The position numbers were made by a program, and so were the translations under genes. A DNA stretch of 64,000 nt, taken from the NCBI GenBank assembly GCA_963666275.2, contig CAXXOA010000002.1, positions 224,001 to 288,000 on the forward strand, in the 5' to 3' direction. The DNA comes from Oceanispirochaeta sp. (GTDB lineage Bacteria > Spirochaetota > Spirochaetia > DSM-2461). A model generated the notes under the pieces. That model made no database searches. It was not told the origin of the DNA and was given only the letters and a program-made list of their open reading frames with translations. Below, piece after piece: positions 51,913 through 62,038 of the stretch; the stretch's first letter is position 1, and the number at the start of each line of letters is the position of its first letter.

Positions 51913-53322
51913 AGCCAGAAGAGAGAAAAACAGGGCAGTTGCCAGTTTTACCTTTCCCAGGTGTTTCCTGAAAAAATCAGAGAAGGCCTGAGAATCAGTT
52001 CCTTTATAGAACAGAAAAAAGACCACTGTCAGTGGAAAGATAAATCCCGCATTATAGAGAAGAAGCGGAACAACTGTTCTGATTCCCGGACTGTTTTTTA
52101 CCATATAGACAACCATGGGCAGATATATCTGCCCCGTACAGCCAAGCTCATAAAGGGAGATCAGGAAGCCTGCTCCCAGGCTGCTGAGAATGAGCCAACG
52201 GGATCGGGTACTTTTCCGCACAATCCTGTGAATCTTCTTTTTTGTCTCCCCCCCCAGCTGAAGCAGAGATTCTTCGGCCCGTCCCAGGCGGACTTTGATA
52301 TAATCATACAAACTCAGAGCGCTTAAAAAGAGAAGCATCAGGATCATAACCCATCGGAGAACCCGGGAGATGGTATGAAAGGATTGAGCCATCTGGAGAG
52401 CCTGAAACATCCCCAGTCCGATAAGGAAGTAACTGAGAAATACGGAAAGGGTAAAACTGCCCCCGATCTTCAATATATCCCGTCCCTTTCTGCCCAGAAG
52501 CCTCAGATAGGAGATAAGAAAAATCAGAGTTGTAAAAGCACAGGGGTTTATGCCGTCCAGGAGTCCCGCCAGCAGCAGGGTCAGCCAGAAGAACCGGGAC
52601 GTCGGCCCGGAAACTCCGGAAATCCCAGGCCCCTCCTTAGCGGAATAGAGAGCGGGATCCTCCAGAAAACGGGGAAATTCTTCAAACAGAGCCGTCTTTC
52701 CTGTAAAAACACGATCCTCCCAGATCAGAAGAGGAAAGGCTCCGGCGGCAGCAGATCTCTCTTCCAGCAGCCTGTTCATCAGCTCATAATTGCCGCTCTC
52801 GTAAATATTCCGTTTTTCCGGAAAATCCTGAAGCAGTCCATCCTGTTCCAGCCGGGGCAGAAGGTCCGCATAGAATTCCTCGCAGACGGCACATCCCGGT
52901 GTATAGAAAAAGACTCTGTTCCCATCGGACTCTTCAGTGGCCCCAGGGCTCTCCGGAGCTCCTCCGGGTCTGTAAATGCTGTAGAAAGAGGGAAGATCCT
53001 CCCGGTTTGCCAGAAAGATCAGAGAAACAGGCTCTTCCCCGGGAACCGGCCCTGTGACAGTAAAGGTTCCGTCTTCTCCTGCAGAAAGGGAAAGCTCTCC
53101 GGGAGAAACCGTCCAATCGCTTCCTCCGGAAAGTACAGAAACCGAGAGGGGATCAGGATGATCGTTGACAATCCGTATTTCCACGGAAAACTGCCCGTCA
53201 CGGACTTGATCCTCCGAAAGTTCATACACAGGGGGATCAACAACCGCATCCGGGAAGATCCGGAAAAGGGAAAATCCTGTAAAGAACAGGATCCATACAA
53301 GTCTTGCCGTACTGTTACGCAT
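51892..53322 (-). CDS. Thioredoxin-like domain fused to CcdA/DsbD-like membrane domain
   Basis: FFYTPGCAVC; AGLLDGINPCAF; ELGCTGQIYLP. Confidence 0.8.
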   Translation of the reverse strand: MRNSTARLVWILFFTGFSLFRIFPDAVVDPPVYELSEDQVRDGQFSVEIRIVNDHPDPLSVSVLSGGSDWTVSPGELSLSAGEDGTFTVTGPVPGEEPVSLIFLANREDLPSFYSIYRPGGAPESPGATEESDGNRVFFYTPGCAVCEEFYADLLPRLEQDGLLQDFPEKRNIYESGNYELMNRLLEERSAAAGAFPLLIWEDRVFTGKTALFEEFPRFLEDPALYSAKEGPGISGVSGPTSRFFWLTLLLAGLLDGINPCAFTTLIFLISYLRLLGRKGRDILKIGGSFTLSVFLSYFLIGLGMFQALQMAQSFHTISRVLRWVMILMLLFLSALSLYDYIKVRLGRAEESLLQLGGETKKKIHRIVRKSTRSRWLILSSLGAGFLISLYELGCTGQIYLPMVVYMVKNSPGIRTVVPLLLYNAGFIFPLTVVFFLFYKGTDSQAFSDFFRKHLGKVKLATALFFSLLALFLFLH

Positions 53323-54698
53323 TACAGAACATTCTCCTTACTGCCTGGAAAGATCATCTCAAACCAGGCCCCACCACTGTCTCTGTTGCCGGCTTCAACA
53401 CTGCCGCCGGCGCTGTTCATGATGGATTTGACAATCGCAAGGCCCAGTCCGGTCCCCTCATTATCCACAGAGGAATCCCTGTAGAATCGTTCAAAAATCC
53501 GGGGCAGCGTCTCCGGAGGGATTCCCGGCCCCCTGTCGCGGAAAAGGATATGAGCTCCCCGGTTGCTCTGATGGAGACGGACCTCCAGGCGGCTCCCGGG
53601 AGGAGACCACTTGATGCAGTTATGAAGGATATTGGAAATGGCCATCTCAATTCGCCGGGGATCTCCCGACAGATCGCAGGAAGGTCCGGAAAGATCCAGA
53701 AAAAGCTGTTTGGCCTCTGCCTCTTTGCGCAATCCGTTCCAGGCCCGGCGGCAGAGATCCTTCAGAGACAGAGGTTCTGAAACTCTCTGCCTGCTTTCCG
53801 ATTCCACCCGAATAAGGCTCAGAAGATCCTTGATAATCCAGGAGAGTTTCTGAACCTGCTGGAGGCTGTCATCCAGAAGTTCCTGTCGCCGCTCCTCCAT
53901 GCCGGGCAGATCACTGCTCAGAAGCTCCAGGAACGAGTTCAATGCGGTTACAGGGGTTCTCAGCTGATGGGAAGCATCCTGGAGGAATCGCTTCATCACG
54001 TCCCGTTCCTCTTCCAGGTTATGAAAACTTTCAGAGAGTTCTTTCCTCATGGTATCCAGGCTCATAGCCAGAAGATCCAGCTCATGGGAGTTGGACTGGG
54101 GAAGAGGGGTTTCCCACTTCTGGTCCCTCAGATCCCTGGCAAATTCCGACAGCTCGATAATGGGACGGGCCACCCGCTTGCCGCTGAACCTCCCCATGAG
54201 GATGGCAGCAACCATGGCGGCCAGGATGGCGATCAGCATCCCCTCCACCAGAAGGGAGATGGGATGAAAGATATATTCATCATACCGGAGGACTTCCAGT
54301 TTATAGTTTTTTAAAGGAGACAGAGACAGATTCCTTTCCACAAGAGAAGAGAGAGGGTTCAGATCATCCGGAACGGCAAAACCCCAGCCCTCGGACGTGA
54401 GGGACCGGGACTGGGCCAGAAGCAGGCCGCCCGGAGTAAAAATCCTGAGGCCCACATTATTCTGGAATCCCATAAGGCTCAGAAAATCTTCCAGCCTCTC
54501 CCCCCGGGGATCTTCAGAATAAAAAATGGACAGGTCTGTTTCCACGGTTCTGGCAATTCTGTTCAGATAGTCTTTCTCTCTGTTGTTGAAGATTCTCAGA
54601 GAGATCCCCAGAGAGAGGATTCCCAGAAGGAGCAGAGCTCCCAGAGCCAGAAAGATATGAGAATAGACCAGTTTGGTTTTTATGGAAAAATTCCGCAT
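53322..54698 (-). CDS. HAMP sensor histidine kinase
   Basis: DASHQLRTP, DRGPGIP, GTGLGL; the TAA overlaps the next ATG. Confidence 0.9.
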   Translation of the reverse strand: MRNFSIKTKLVYSHIFLALGALLLLGILSLGISLRIFNNREKDYLNRIARTVETDLSIFYSEDPRGERLEDFLSLMGFQNNVGLRIFTPGGLLLAQSRSLTSEGWGFAVPDDLNPLSSLVERNLSLSPLKNYKLEVLRYDEYIFHPISLLVEGMLIAILAAMVAAILMGRFSGKRVARPIIELSEFARDLRDQKWETPLPQSNSHELDLLAMSLDTMRKELSESFHNLEEERDVMKRFLQDASHQLRTPVTALNSFLELLSSDLPGMEERRQELLDDSLQQVQKLSWIIKDLLSLIRVESESRQRVSEPLSLKDLCRRAWNGLRKEAEAKQLFLDLSGPSCDLSGDPRRIEMAISNILHNCIKWSPPGSRLEVRLHQSNRGAHILFRDRGPGIPPETLPRIFERFYRDSSVDNEGTGLGLAIVKSIMNSAGGSVEAGNRDSGGAWFEMIFPGSKENVL

Positions 54699-54731
54699 AG
54701 GGCTCCCGGGTAAAGAATGAATCAAGTTTAT

Positions 54732-54803
54732 AAAAAAAAGAGGACCTCCACAACGGGAAGTCCCCAGATAATCACTTAACTCCTGCGGCCCCTGAAGGGG
54801 CCG
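54732..54803 (-). terminator. Hairpins downstream of hydA
   Basis: CGGCCCC-TGAA-GGGGCCG, then an imperfect hairpin followed by a T run on the minus strand. Confidence 0.5.
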
Positions 54804-54817
54804 GAGGGAAGAAACCT

Positions 54818-56569
54818 CTATTTCTGATAAAGAGGTCTTTCCTGATAAGTGGTATGCAGCAGATGATGGGCCTTTTCACTGGTAGGTTCACCCAGGAAAT
54901 CCTTATAGATCTGAACAATCTCGGGATTCTCATGGGATCTTCTGACAACGGATTTTTCATCATCCTTGTAAATACCCGCAATTCTCTTATCCCGGATATC
55001 ATCTTCTGTACCATAGGGCTGACCGCCACCGGCAATACAACCGCCCCGGCAGGCCATAACCTCAATAAAGTGATAGGGAGGCTCTTCACCTTTATCCCGA
55101 GCAGCCTGAACTTCATCCATAATGGATTTAACATTGGCCATACCGTGTGCAACAGCGACTTTGATCTCTGTCCCGGCAAAGTCGACAGATCCGGCTTTCA
55201 CACCATCCATACCGCGGACTGCTGTGACATTCACATCATCCAGCTCTTTGTCGGTTACCAGTTTGTAGGCGGTTCTGACAGCCGCTTCCATAACACCGCC
55301 GGTAACACCAAAAATTGTTCCTGCTCCCGAGTAGGCTCCGATGGGGCTGTCGGCGGTTTCGTCTTCCAGGTTGATAAAGTCGATACCGGCAGTTTTGATC
55401 ATACGGGCCAGCTCTCTTGTGGTGAGAACCAGATCCACGTCATTCACTCCGGAAGACTGCATATTGTCATCCCTTCCGATTTCGTACTTCTTAGCGGTAC
55501 AGGGCATGATGGCTACGGAATAGATATCTTCTTTTTTCACCTTAACCTGGTCAGCATAGTAGGTTTTTGTAATCGCACCCTGCATCATCATGGGTGATTT
55601 TGCGGTAGAGAAATGGGGGATCATATCGGGATAGTATTTTTCCATATAATCTGTCCATGCGGGGCAGCAGGAAGTGATCTGGGGCAGAACTCCGGTGCCT
55701 TTTGTGATTCTCTTAACCAGCTCGGTTCCCTCTTCCATAATGGTAAGGTCAGCTGCGAAGTTGGTATCAAATACCGCGTCAGCACCGAGTTTTCTCAGTG
55801 CAGCATAAATTTTACCGGTAGAAATTGTACCTGGCTCCATTCCGAAAGCCTCACCAAGGGCGACTCTGACTGCAGGAGCGATCTGAACAGCCACATGCTT
55901 GGTTGTATCTTCTACAGCATGACACCATTCCTGGGTCTGATCCTTTTCATAAATGGCACCTACGGGACAGTGAGCGGAACACTGACCGCACTTGATACAG
56001 GGGCTCTCATTCAGAAGAACTCCGCCGGCCGGGGCGATTCTGGTTTCATGTCCTCTGTGAAGGAACTCCAGAGCCCAGACATCCTGGAGCTGCTGGCAGA
56101 CCTGAGCACAACGACCGCACTGGATACATTTAGTGGGGTCGAAAACCAGAGAGGCGGTGGATTCGTCTTTGGGGATCCTCTTCACATCATAGTGAAAGGG
56201 AACTTCCCTGATACCGAAGTCCGCTGCCACCTGCTGAAGTTCACAGGTCTGGTTTCTACCGCAGGTCAGACACTCCTTGGGGTGATTGGAAAGGGTCATT
56301 TCGATCACTGTCTTTCTGACCTTCTGCAGCTCCGGGTCATGGGTAATGTAGTTCTGACCGGGAACTATCGTGGTGGCGCAGGCTCTTACCATTCTGGGAG
56401 AACCTTCCACTTTTACAACACAGATACCACAGGCTGCCCAGGGCTCCAGATCGGAGTGAGTACAAAGTGTGGGGATTTTAATACCGGCTAATTTTGCCGC
56501 TTTAAGAATTGTATAATCCTTATCAACCGTGACAGGCTGACCATTGATCTTTATTTCTACAGTTTCCAC
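54818..56569 (-). CDS. hydA: [FeFe]-hydrogenase catalytic subunit (group A, multimeric)
   Basis: TSCCPAW, MPCTAKKYE, EVMACRGGCIAGGGQP; N-terminal 2Fe-2S and 4Fe-4S clusters. Confidence 0.97.
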   Translation of the reverse strand: METVEIKINGQPVTVDKDYTILKAAKLAGIKIPTLCTHSDLEPWAACGICVVKVEGSPRMVRACATTIVPGQNYITHDPELQKVRKTVIEMTLSNHPKECLTCGRNQTCELQQVAADFGIREVPFHYDVKRIPKDESTASLVFDPTKCIQCGRCAQVCQQLQDVWALEFLHRGHETRIAPAGGVLLNESPCIKCGQCSAHCPVGAIYEKDQTQEWCHAVEDTTKHVAVQIAPAVRVALGEAFGMEPGTISTGKIYAALRKLGADAVFDTNFAADLTIMEEGTELVKRITKGTGVLPQITSCCPAWTDYMEKYYPDMIPHFSTAKSPMMMQGAITKTYYADQVKVKKEDIYSVAIMPCTAKKYEIGRDDNMQSSGVNDVDLVLTTRELARMIKTAGIDFINLEDETADSPIGAYSGAGTIFGVTGGVMEAAVRTAYKLVTDKELDDVNVTAVRGMDGVKAGSVDFAGTEIKVAVAHGMANVKSIMDEVQAARDKGEEPPYHFIEVMACRGGCIAGGGQPYGTEDDIRDKRIAGIYKDDEKSVVRRSHENPEIVQIYKDFLGEPTSEKAHHLLHTTYQERPLYQK

Positions 56570-56592
56570 TGATTTTTCTCCTTGATTACTCG

Positions 56593-58386
56593 TTAAGATA
56601 CTGTAATAGCGTCGAACTTACAGCCTTCGTAACAGGCTCCGCATTTGATACATTTATCCTGATCGATCACATGGGGTTTCTTTCTCTCCCCTTCGATACA
56701 GTTGACAGGACATTTTCGTGCACAAACGGTACATCCGATACATTTATCTGCAACGATTTCATAGTGAACCAGATCTTTACATTTACCGGCTACGCATCTT
56801 CCCTCTTCAATATGTTCTCTGTACTCTTCCTCGAAGTTGGCAAGAGAAGAGAGGATGGGGTTGGGTGCAGTCTGTCCCAGTCCGCAGAGAGCAGCCTTTT
56901 TCATGGCTTCTCCGATATCCCGCATCTTCTGGATATCTTCCATCTCGCCTTTTCCTTTGGTGATCTTTTCCAGGTACTCATAGAGTTTCTTGGTTCCGAT
57001 CCGGCAGGGAGCACATTTACCGCAGGACTCTTCCACACAGAAATCCATATAGAACTTGTTGATATCCACGATACAGTCATCTTCATCCATAACGATCATA
57101 CCGCCGGATCCCATCATGGAACCGATGGCAACAAGGTTGTCGAAGTCAATGGGTGTATCCAGATACTCTTCGGTGATAACCCCTCCGGAAGGTCCACCTG
57201 TCTGAGCGGCTTTAAACTTTTTACCGCCCCGGATTCCGCCACCGATATCAAAAACGATCTCTCTCAGTGTGGTTCCCATGGGAACTTCCACCAGTCCGGA
57301 GTTTTTGATTTTACCTGTCAGAGCAAAAACTTTGGTCCCTTTGGACTTTTCCGTACCCAGAGTGGCAAACCAGTCTCCGCCCTTGTTGATGATAACGGGG
57401 ATATTGGCATAGGTTTCAACGTTGTTGATAACTGTGGGTTTCTGGAACATACCTTTGACAGCGGGGAACGGCGGTTTGGGAATGGGCATCCCCCTGTTTC
57501 CTTCAATAGACGCCAGCAGAGCAGTTTCCTCACCGCAGACGAAAGCTCCGGCTCCCAGTCTTACTTCCAGGTCGAAGTCTTTTCCTGAACCCAGAATGTC
57601 TTTTCCGAGCAGACCGTATTCTCTGGCCTGTTTCATGGCGGTTTCCAGTCTCTGAATCGCCAGGGGATACTCGGCTCTGATGTAGATGGCTCCCTTATCG
57701 GCTCCTACACAGACACCGGCAATGGCCATGGCTTCCAGGATGGAGTGGGGGTCGCCTTCCAGGGTGGAACGGTCCATATAGGCACCGGGGTCTCCCTCAT
57801 CGGCGTTACAGACAATGTACTTCTGATCGTTTTCGACCTGTTTGGTGAAGTTCCATTTCATCCATGTGGGGAATCCCGCACCGCCCCGTCCTCTTAAGCC
57901 CGATTTTTTCAGCTCTTCAATGATATCGTCACCGCTCATATCGAAAAGGGCCTTTTCCAGAGCGGCATAGCCGTCGCGGGCAATGTATTCGTCAATATTT
58001 TCAGGGTCGATTAGACCGCAGTTTCTCAGAACGATTCTGTACTGTTTCTGATAGAACTCAATATTATCAATGTCAAAGGCTTCCCCTTTGGCTCCCGCTT
58101 CAGCCTGATACTGAAGGCGGTCGATGATTCTACCTTTGATAATTGTTTCTGCGATGATTTCCTTCGCATCGGAAGGAACGACTTCCACATAAAAAGCCTG
58201 CTCGGGAAGCACTTTAACAATCGGTCCTTTTTCACAGAATCCGAAACAGCCTGTTTTTACAACCTGTACATCATCCTGAACACCCTGTGATTCAGCTTCC
58301 GCCAGAAGAGATTTGTAGATATCGTCACCCTTTGCGGATTCACAGGCGGTACCACCACAAACCAGTATATAATTCTTTACTGCCAT
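56593..58386 (-). CDS. hydB: NADH/FMN-binding hydrogenase subunit (NuoF-like)
   Basis: GLRGRGGAGF, CNADEGDPG, ESCGKCAPCR, C-terminal 2x[4Fe-4S]. Confidence 0.95.
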   Translation of the reverse strand: MAVKNYILVCGGTACESAKGDDIYKSLLAEAESQGVQDDVQVVKTGCFGFCEKGPIVKVLPEQAFYVEVVPSDAKEIIAETIIKGRIIDRLQYQAEAGAKGEAFDIDNIEFYQKQYRIVLRNCGLIDPENIDEYIARDGYAALEKALFDMSGDDIIEELKKSGLRGRGGAGFPTWMKWNFTKQVENDQKYIVCNADEGDPGAYMDRSTLEGDPHSILEAMAIAGVCVGADKGAIYIRAEYPLAIQRLETAMKQAREYGLLGKDILGSGKDFDLEVRLGAGAFVCGEETALLASIEGNRGMPIPKPPFPAVKGMFQKPTVINNVETYANIPVIINKGGDWFATLGTEKSKGTKVFALTGKIKNSGLVEVPMGTTLREIVFDIGGGIRGGKKFKAAQTGGPSGGVITEEYLDTPIDFDNLVAIGSMMGSGGMIVMDEDDCIVDINKFYMDFCVEESCGKCAPCRIGTKKLYEYLEKITKGKGEMEDIQKMRDIGEAMKKAALCGLGQTAPNPILSSLANFEEEYREHIEEGRCVAGKCKDLVHYEIVADKCIGCTVCARKCPVNCIEGERKKPHVIDQDKCIKCGACYEGCKFDAITVS

Positions 58387-58401
58387 GTTTTCCTCTCTTT
58401 C

Positions 58402-58794
58402 CTATTTTTTGATGATGTCTCCGGCGGGTTTATCAAAGATATGATTTTCCACCAGCTTCTTATTCATGACATGGGACTCAACAATCTGTTTGGCCACAGC
58501 AGCATCCACGTTTCCGTAAATGGTATCAGGCATACCGGGAACCTTAACTTCCACAGTAGGTTCTGCATAACACAGGCCCATACAGCCTGTCTGTTTTACA
58601 ACAACATCATCAAGACTATTTGCTTTGATGGTATCTAGGAAACTTCCCAGAGCATTTTTTGCTCCTGCTGCAATACCGCAGGTTCCCATTCCCACAACTA
58701 TATGTATTTCTTTTCCGTCCGTATCTCTGCGGTTCATCTCAGATTTCTGAGAGTCTCTCAGTTTCCGCAGTTCTTCGAGAGTCATTTTAGCCAT
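58402..58794 (-). CDS. hydD: Thioredoxin-like [2Fe-2S] ferredoxin subunit
   Basis: GMGTCGIAAGA, TGCMGLCYAEP. Confidence 0.85.
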   Translation of the reverse strand: MAKMTLEELRKLRDSQKSEMNRRDTDGKEIHIVVGMGTCGIAAGAKNALGSFLDTIKANSLDDVVVKQTGCMGLCYAEPTVEVKVPGMPDTIYGNVDAAVAKQIVESHVMNKKLVENHIFDKPAGDIIKK

Positions 58795-59371
58795 CTTCTC
58801 GTATCTCCTTCGATTGGTTTAACAAGTCTTCTTCCTGAGATATCAGATAATCCCTGAGCAGAATCATGGCACCGGCGTCGCTGAAATCACCCAGCACATC
58901 CTGTAATTCACTTCTGATAACACTGTACCCCGTACTGTTCCCGCCAGGTTCTGTGATTTTCCTGGTGATGACCATTTCGTAATCCCCTTCGAAACAGAAG
59001 GCCTGCATAAACAGTCCCGCCCAGTCTCCTTCGGGAGGTGTATCCACATTCCCCAGGTTAAACTGTATGTTCAAAGAGGTTCCCTTGTTCTTCTCAGAAT
59101 GTATTTCAAAACGACCGTCCGTCTGATCTACCGTCTGCTTCAGAAAGGGGATTCCAAGACCAACCCGTCTGTGCCGATGTTTTTCCCCGTCCGAATAAAA
59201 GGGGTCCATCGCTTTTTCCACTTCTCCTTCTGTCATCCCGCAGCCGTTATCTGTCAGGCGGACAGTCAGATTTTGTCCGGTTTGGATCAGGTCAAGGGTT
59301 ACTTTGCCGGCTTTCGCCTCTATGGAGTTCTGGACCAGGTCCATTACCATATCGCTCAGTGAATAGTGCAT
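58787..59371 (-). CDS. HATPase-domain protein of hyd operons
   Basis: DLVQNSIEA, DNGCGM, DPFY, VGLGIP; no HisKA domain. Confidence 0.85.
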   Translation of the reverse strand: MHYSLSDMVMDLVQNSIEAKAGKVTLDLIQTGQNLTVRLTDNGCGMTEGEVEKAMDPFYSDGEKHRHRRVGLGIPFLKQTVDQTDGRFEIHSEKNKGTSLNIQFNLGNVDTPPEGDWAGLFMQAFCFEGDYEMVITRKITEPGGNSTGYSVIRSELQDVLGDFSDAGAMILLRDYLISQEEDLLNQSKEIREDG

Positions 59372-59386
59372 TCTGCCCTGACCGGA

Positions 59387-59863
59387 TTATTTGAATTTGG
59401 AAATAATCTCAGGCAGCTCGTCTGTCTTCAGTTTTCCGAATACTTCCTGACCGACAGTCAGGACAGGTGCCAGACCGCAACATCCGATACAGCGTACAGC
59501 CTCCAGAGAGAACTGTCCGTCTTCGGTCGTTCCGCCGCATCCGACACCGAGAAGCTGTTCAAGCTCATCGATAAGATCCTGACCACCCTTGAGGTAGCAG
59601 GCCGTACCCATACAGACGGAGATTTTGTGCTTACCGGGTTTTTCAAGTTTAAAAAAGTGGTAGAAAGTCACTACACCGTAAATTTTTGCCAGAGGAACAT
59701 CCAGCATTTTTCCAAGCTCTACGGCAATATTTCTCGGAATATAGCCGTACTCTTCCTGTACCCGGTGCAGAATCATAATCAGGTTACCGGGTTTTTCTTT
59801 CCATTCATCGATAAAACTGAGCAAACCTTTGGTCATTTTCAGTTCTTCTGTTTCAACAGGCAT
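59387..59863 (-). CDS. hydC: [2Fe-2S] hydrogenase subunit (NuoE-like)
   Basis: VCMGTAC, RCIGCCGLAP. Confidence 0.93.
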   Translation of the reverse strand: MPVETEELKMTKGLLSFIDEWKEKPGNLIMILHRVQEEYGYIPRNIAVELGKMLDVPLAKIYGVVTFYHFFKLEKPGKHKISVCMGTACYLKGGQDLIDELEQLLGVGCGGTTEDGQFSLEAVRCIGCCGLAPVLTVGQEVFGKLKTDELPEIISKFK

Positions 59864-59986
59864 GGAACCTCCCTTAGGAATCTATATAAAATTATTGATT
59901 GTCCCAGTATAGAGGTCTTTCCATTTTTTTTCAATAAATTTTGCACTGTTTATGTGAAATTTGTAGCTTAGTCATACCTAACTTTA

Positions 59987-60016
59987 CATTTATTGTGAAT
60001 TGTGTTACAATAAATG
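59987..60016. promoter_or_regulatory. Rex operator overlapping rex promoter
   Basis: TTGTGAA-TTGT-GTTACAA (59993-60010) within perfect 10-bp arms CATTTATTGT/ACAATAAATG; overlaps TTTACA-N17-TACAAT. Confidence 0.75.
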
Positions 60017-60020
60017 CATT

Positions 60021-60662
60021 ATGAGGCAAAATAAAGAGTATACAGCAAGATTAATTAAATATAAGAGAATATTAATTCAGTTTAAATCTTTGGGGCTGGA
60101 AAAGGTTTTTTCTACAAATCTGGGAGATGCAGTCGGAGTTTCCTCCGCACTGGTCCGAAAAGACTTCTCCCGCATCAATATGAGCCAGGGAAACCGGAAG
60201 GGCGGCTACAATATCAACGACCTGATTGAGTCTCTGAACCAGATACTGGGAACCAGCGAGCTACAGGATGTGGTCGTAGTGGGATGTGGCAATCTGGGCA
60301 AAGCTCTGATCAAGCACGAAGCATTTTATAAGGAAGGGATCAATATCTCCGCCGGCTTTGATATAAATCCCAGAGAAGCTGAAATAAACGGCATCCCCAT
60401 CTATCCGATGGAGGTTCTGCACAACTATATTACCAGGCATGAAATCAGAGTGGCCGTCCTGTGTGTTCCCGCCGGAGCAGCCTCCCACACCAGAGACCTT
60501 CTGCAGGAGGGAAATGTCAAAGGAATTCTCAATTTTACCCCTGTAGAGCTGAAATCCACCGAAACATGCCGGATCCAGAATGTGAATATCTGCCTGGAAC
60601 TGGAAAACCTCTTTTTTCAGATAAGCGAGAAAGGAGAGGATATGGAGAACCAGTTCGATTGA
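60021..60662 (+). CDS. rex: Redox-sensing transcriptional repressor Rex
   Basis: RL..Y.R, VRKDFS, GY, VGCGNLG.AL, GILNFTP. Confidence 0.92.
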   Translation: MRQNKEYTARLIKYKRILIQFKSLGLEKVFSTNLGDAVGVSSALVRKDFSRINMSQGNRKGGYNINDLIESLNQILGTSELQDVVVVGCGNLGKALIKHEAFYKEGINISAGFDINPREAEINGIPIYPMEVLHNYITRHEIRVAVLCVPAGAASHTRDLLQEGNVKGILNFTPVELKSTETCRIQNVNICLELENLFFQISEKGEDMENQFD

Positions 60663-60663
60663 C

Positions 60664-61629
60664 TTGACCCAAAAAATCGTTAAACTCATTAGTATGCAGG
60701 CGATTCCACTAAATACGGAAAACTCCCCTTCAGTCATCCTTGAACTCATCTTCAAGCTGAAAATAAAAGACGTTATGACAAGAAATGTCAAAACAGCTCA
60801 CAAAGAAAGCACCATGCGGGACATCCAGAAAATCATGAAGGATGCCAGAATAACAGGAGTACCGATTGTTGAAAATTCCCGGCTCAAGGGGATTGTCAGC
60901 ATGGAGGACATCCTTTCCACCATGGATATGGGAAAGATCGAAGAGAAAGCAAGTCTGCATATGACAAGGAATGTCACCGTCCTGGAAGAGGATATGCCTC
61001 TTTCGTTCGCTATCAACTATATCGACAAATATCACTACGGCAGATTTCCTGTTCTGAACATGAACAAGGAACTGGTGGGAATCATTACAAGCCGGGATAT
61101 AGTCAACCATCTGCTTCTGGAAATGAACAGGGAGATGACCCGCCTGGAGGAACTCCTTCCCGAGAATGCCCAGGCCCCCGAAACCAGCGGCGCTGAAGAG
61201 CTCAACTTCATCTGCCACCGCTACGATTTTGAAAATGCGGGAAAAGCCTCGACAGAAATAAAAAAAGCCCTCAAACAGAGGCTGATAGACAGAAAGATCA
61301 TTCGCCGTGTCGCTGTAGCCTCCTACGAACTGGAAATAAACCAGGTTGTCCACTCCATGGGGGGTACCATGCAGTTTCTGATCGACGATGAAAAGGTCCT
61401 CATAACTGCCACGGACAATGGCCCGGGAATAGAAGATGTAGAGAAAGCGCTCACAGAAGGATTTTCCACAGCCAATGACTGGATCCGTTCCCTGGGGTTC
61501 GGAGCCGGCATGGGATTACCCAACATAATCCGGGTTTCCGACGAATTCGATATAAAATCCACAATGGATGTCGGAACAGTGGTCGTATCAACGATCTATA
61601 CAAAATCCCACGAAGAGAATAAAGAATAA
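60664..61629 (+). CDS. CBS-pair fused to anti-sigma-factor-like Ser/Thr kinase (RsbT/W-like HATPase)
   Basis: Tandem CBS (ITGVPIV, GRFPVL); AVASYELEIN, DNGPGI, GFSTA, GAGMGLPNI. Start may be ATG 60694. Confidence 0.85.
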   Translation: MTQKIVKLISMQAIPLNTENSPSVILELIFKLKIKDVMTRNVKTAHKESTMRDIQKIMKDARITGVPIVENSRLKGIVSMEDILSTMDMGKIEEKASLHMTRNVTVLEEDMPLSFAINYIDKYHYGRFPVLNMNKELVGIITSRDIVNHLLLEMNREMTRLEELLPENAQAPETSGAEELNFICHRYDFENAGKASTEIKKALKQRLIDRKIIRRVAVASYELEINQVVHSMGGTMQFLIDDEKVLITATDNGPGIEDVEKALTEGFSTANDWIRSLGFGAGMGLPNIIRVSDEFDIKSTMDVGTVVVSTIYTKSHEENKE

Positions 61630-61711
61630 CTGAGTAAATACGGAAGAGGAATTATCGCGTAACGACAGGAGCTCCCTCCGGGGAGGATCCGCAATATTAC
61701 AGGAGGGAAAA

Positions 61712-62038
61712 ATGATTGTGCAGGATCTGGCAGACAAACTGGAATACGACTGCCTCGTATCGGAAGGGAACCAGGAGGAAATTACCGCCGGTTATACTTC
61801 GGACCTTTTAAGCGATGTTATGGGAAATGCCCCGGAAGACTCGGTGCTCATAACAATCCAGGCTCATAAAAACACGGTGGCTGTTGCATCGCTGGCGGGG
61901 ATCAAAGCCCTTCTCATCTGCAACAACAGGCCTGCTCCGGAAGATATGCTCCAATCCGCAAAGGATGAGGAGATCTCCGTATTCCGGACAAAAGACAATC
62001 AATTTACTGCATCCTGGAAGGTGAACACTCTTCTCTGA
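61712..62038 (+). CDS. DRTGG-domain protein
   Basis: GYTSDLLSDVMG, VLITIQAHKNTVAVASL. Confidence 0.85.
   Translation: MIVQDLADKLEYDCLVSEGNQEEITAGYTSDLLSDVMGNAPEDSVLITIQAHKNTVAVASLAGIKALLICNNRPAPEDMLQSAKDEEISVFRTKDNQFTASWKVNTLL

Noticed and set aside
52375..53484. 369-aa + strand ORF
   Set aside because: Antisense to the CcdA-like and kinase genes.
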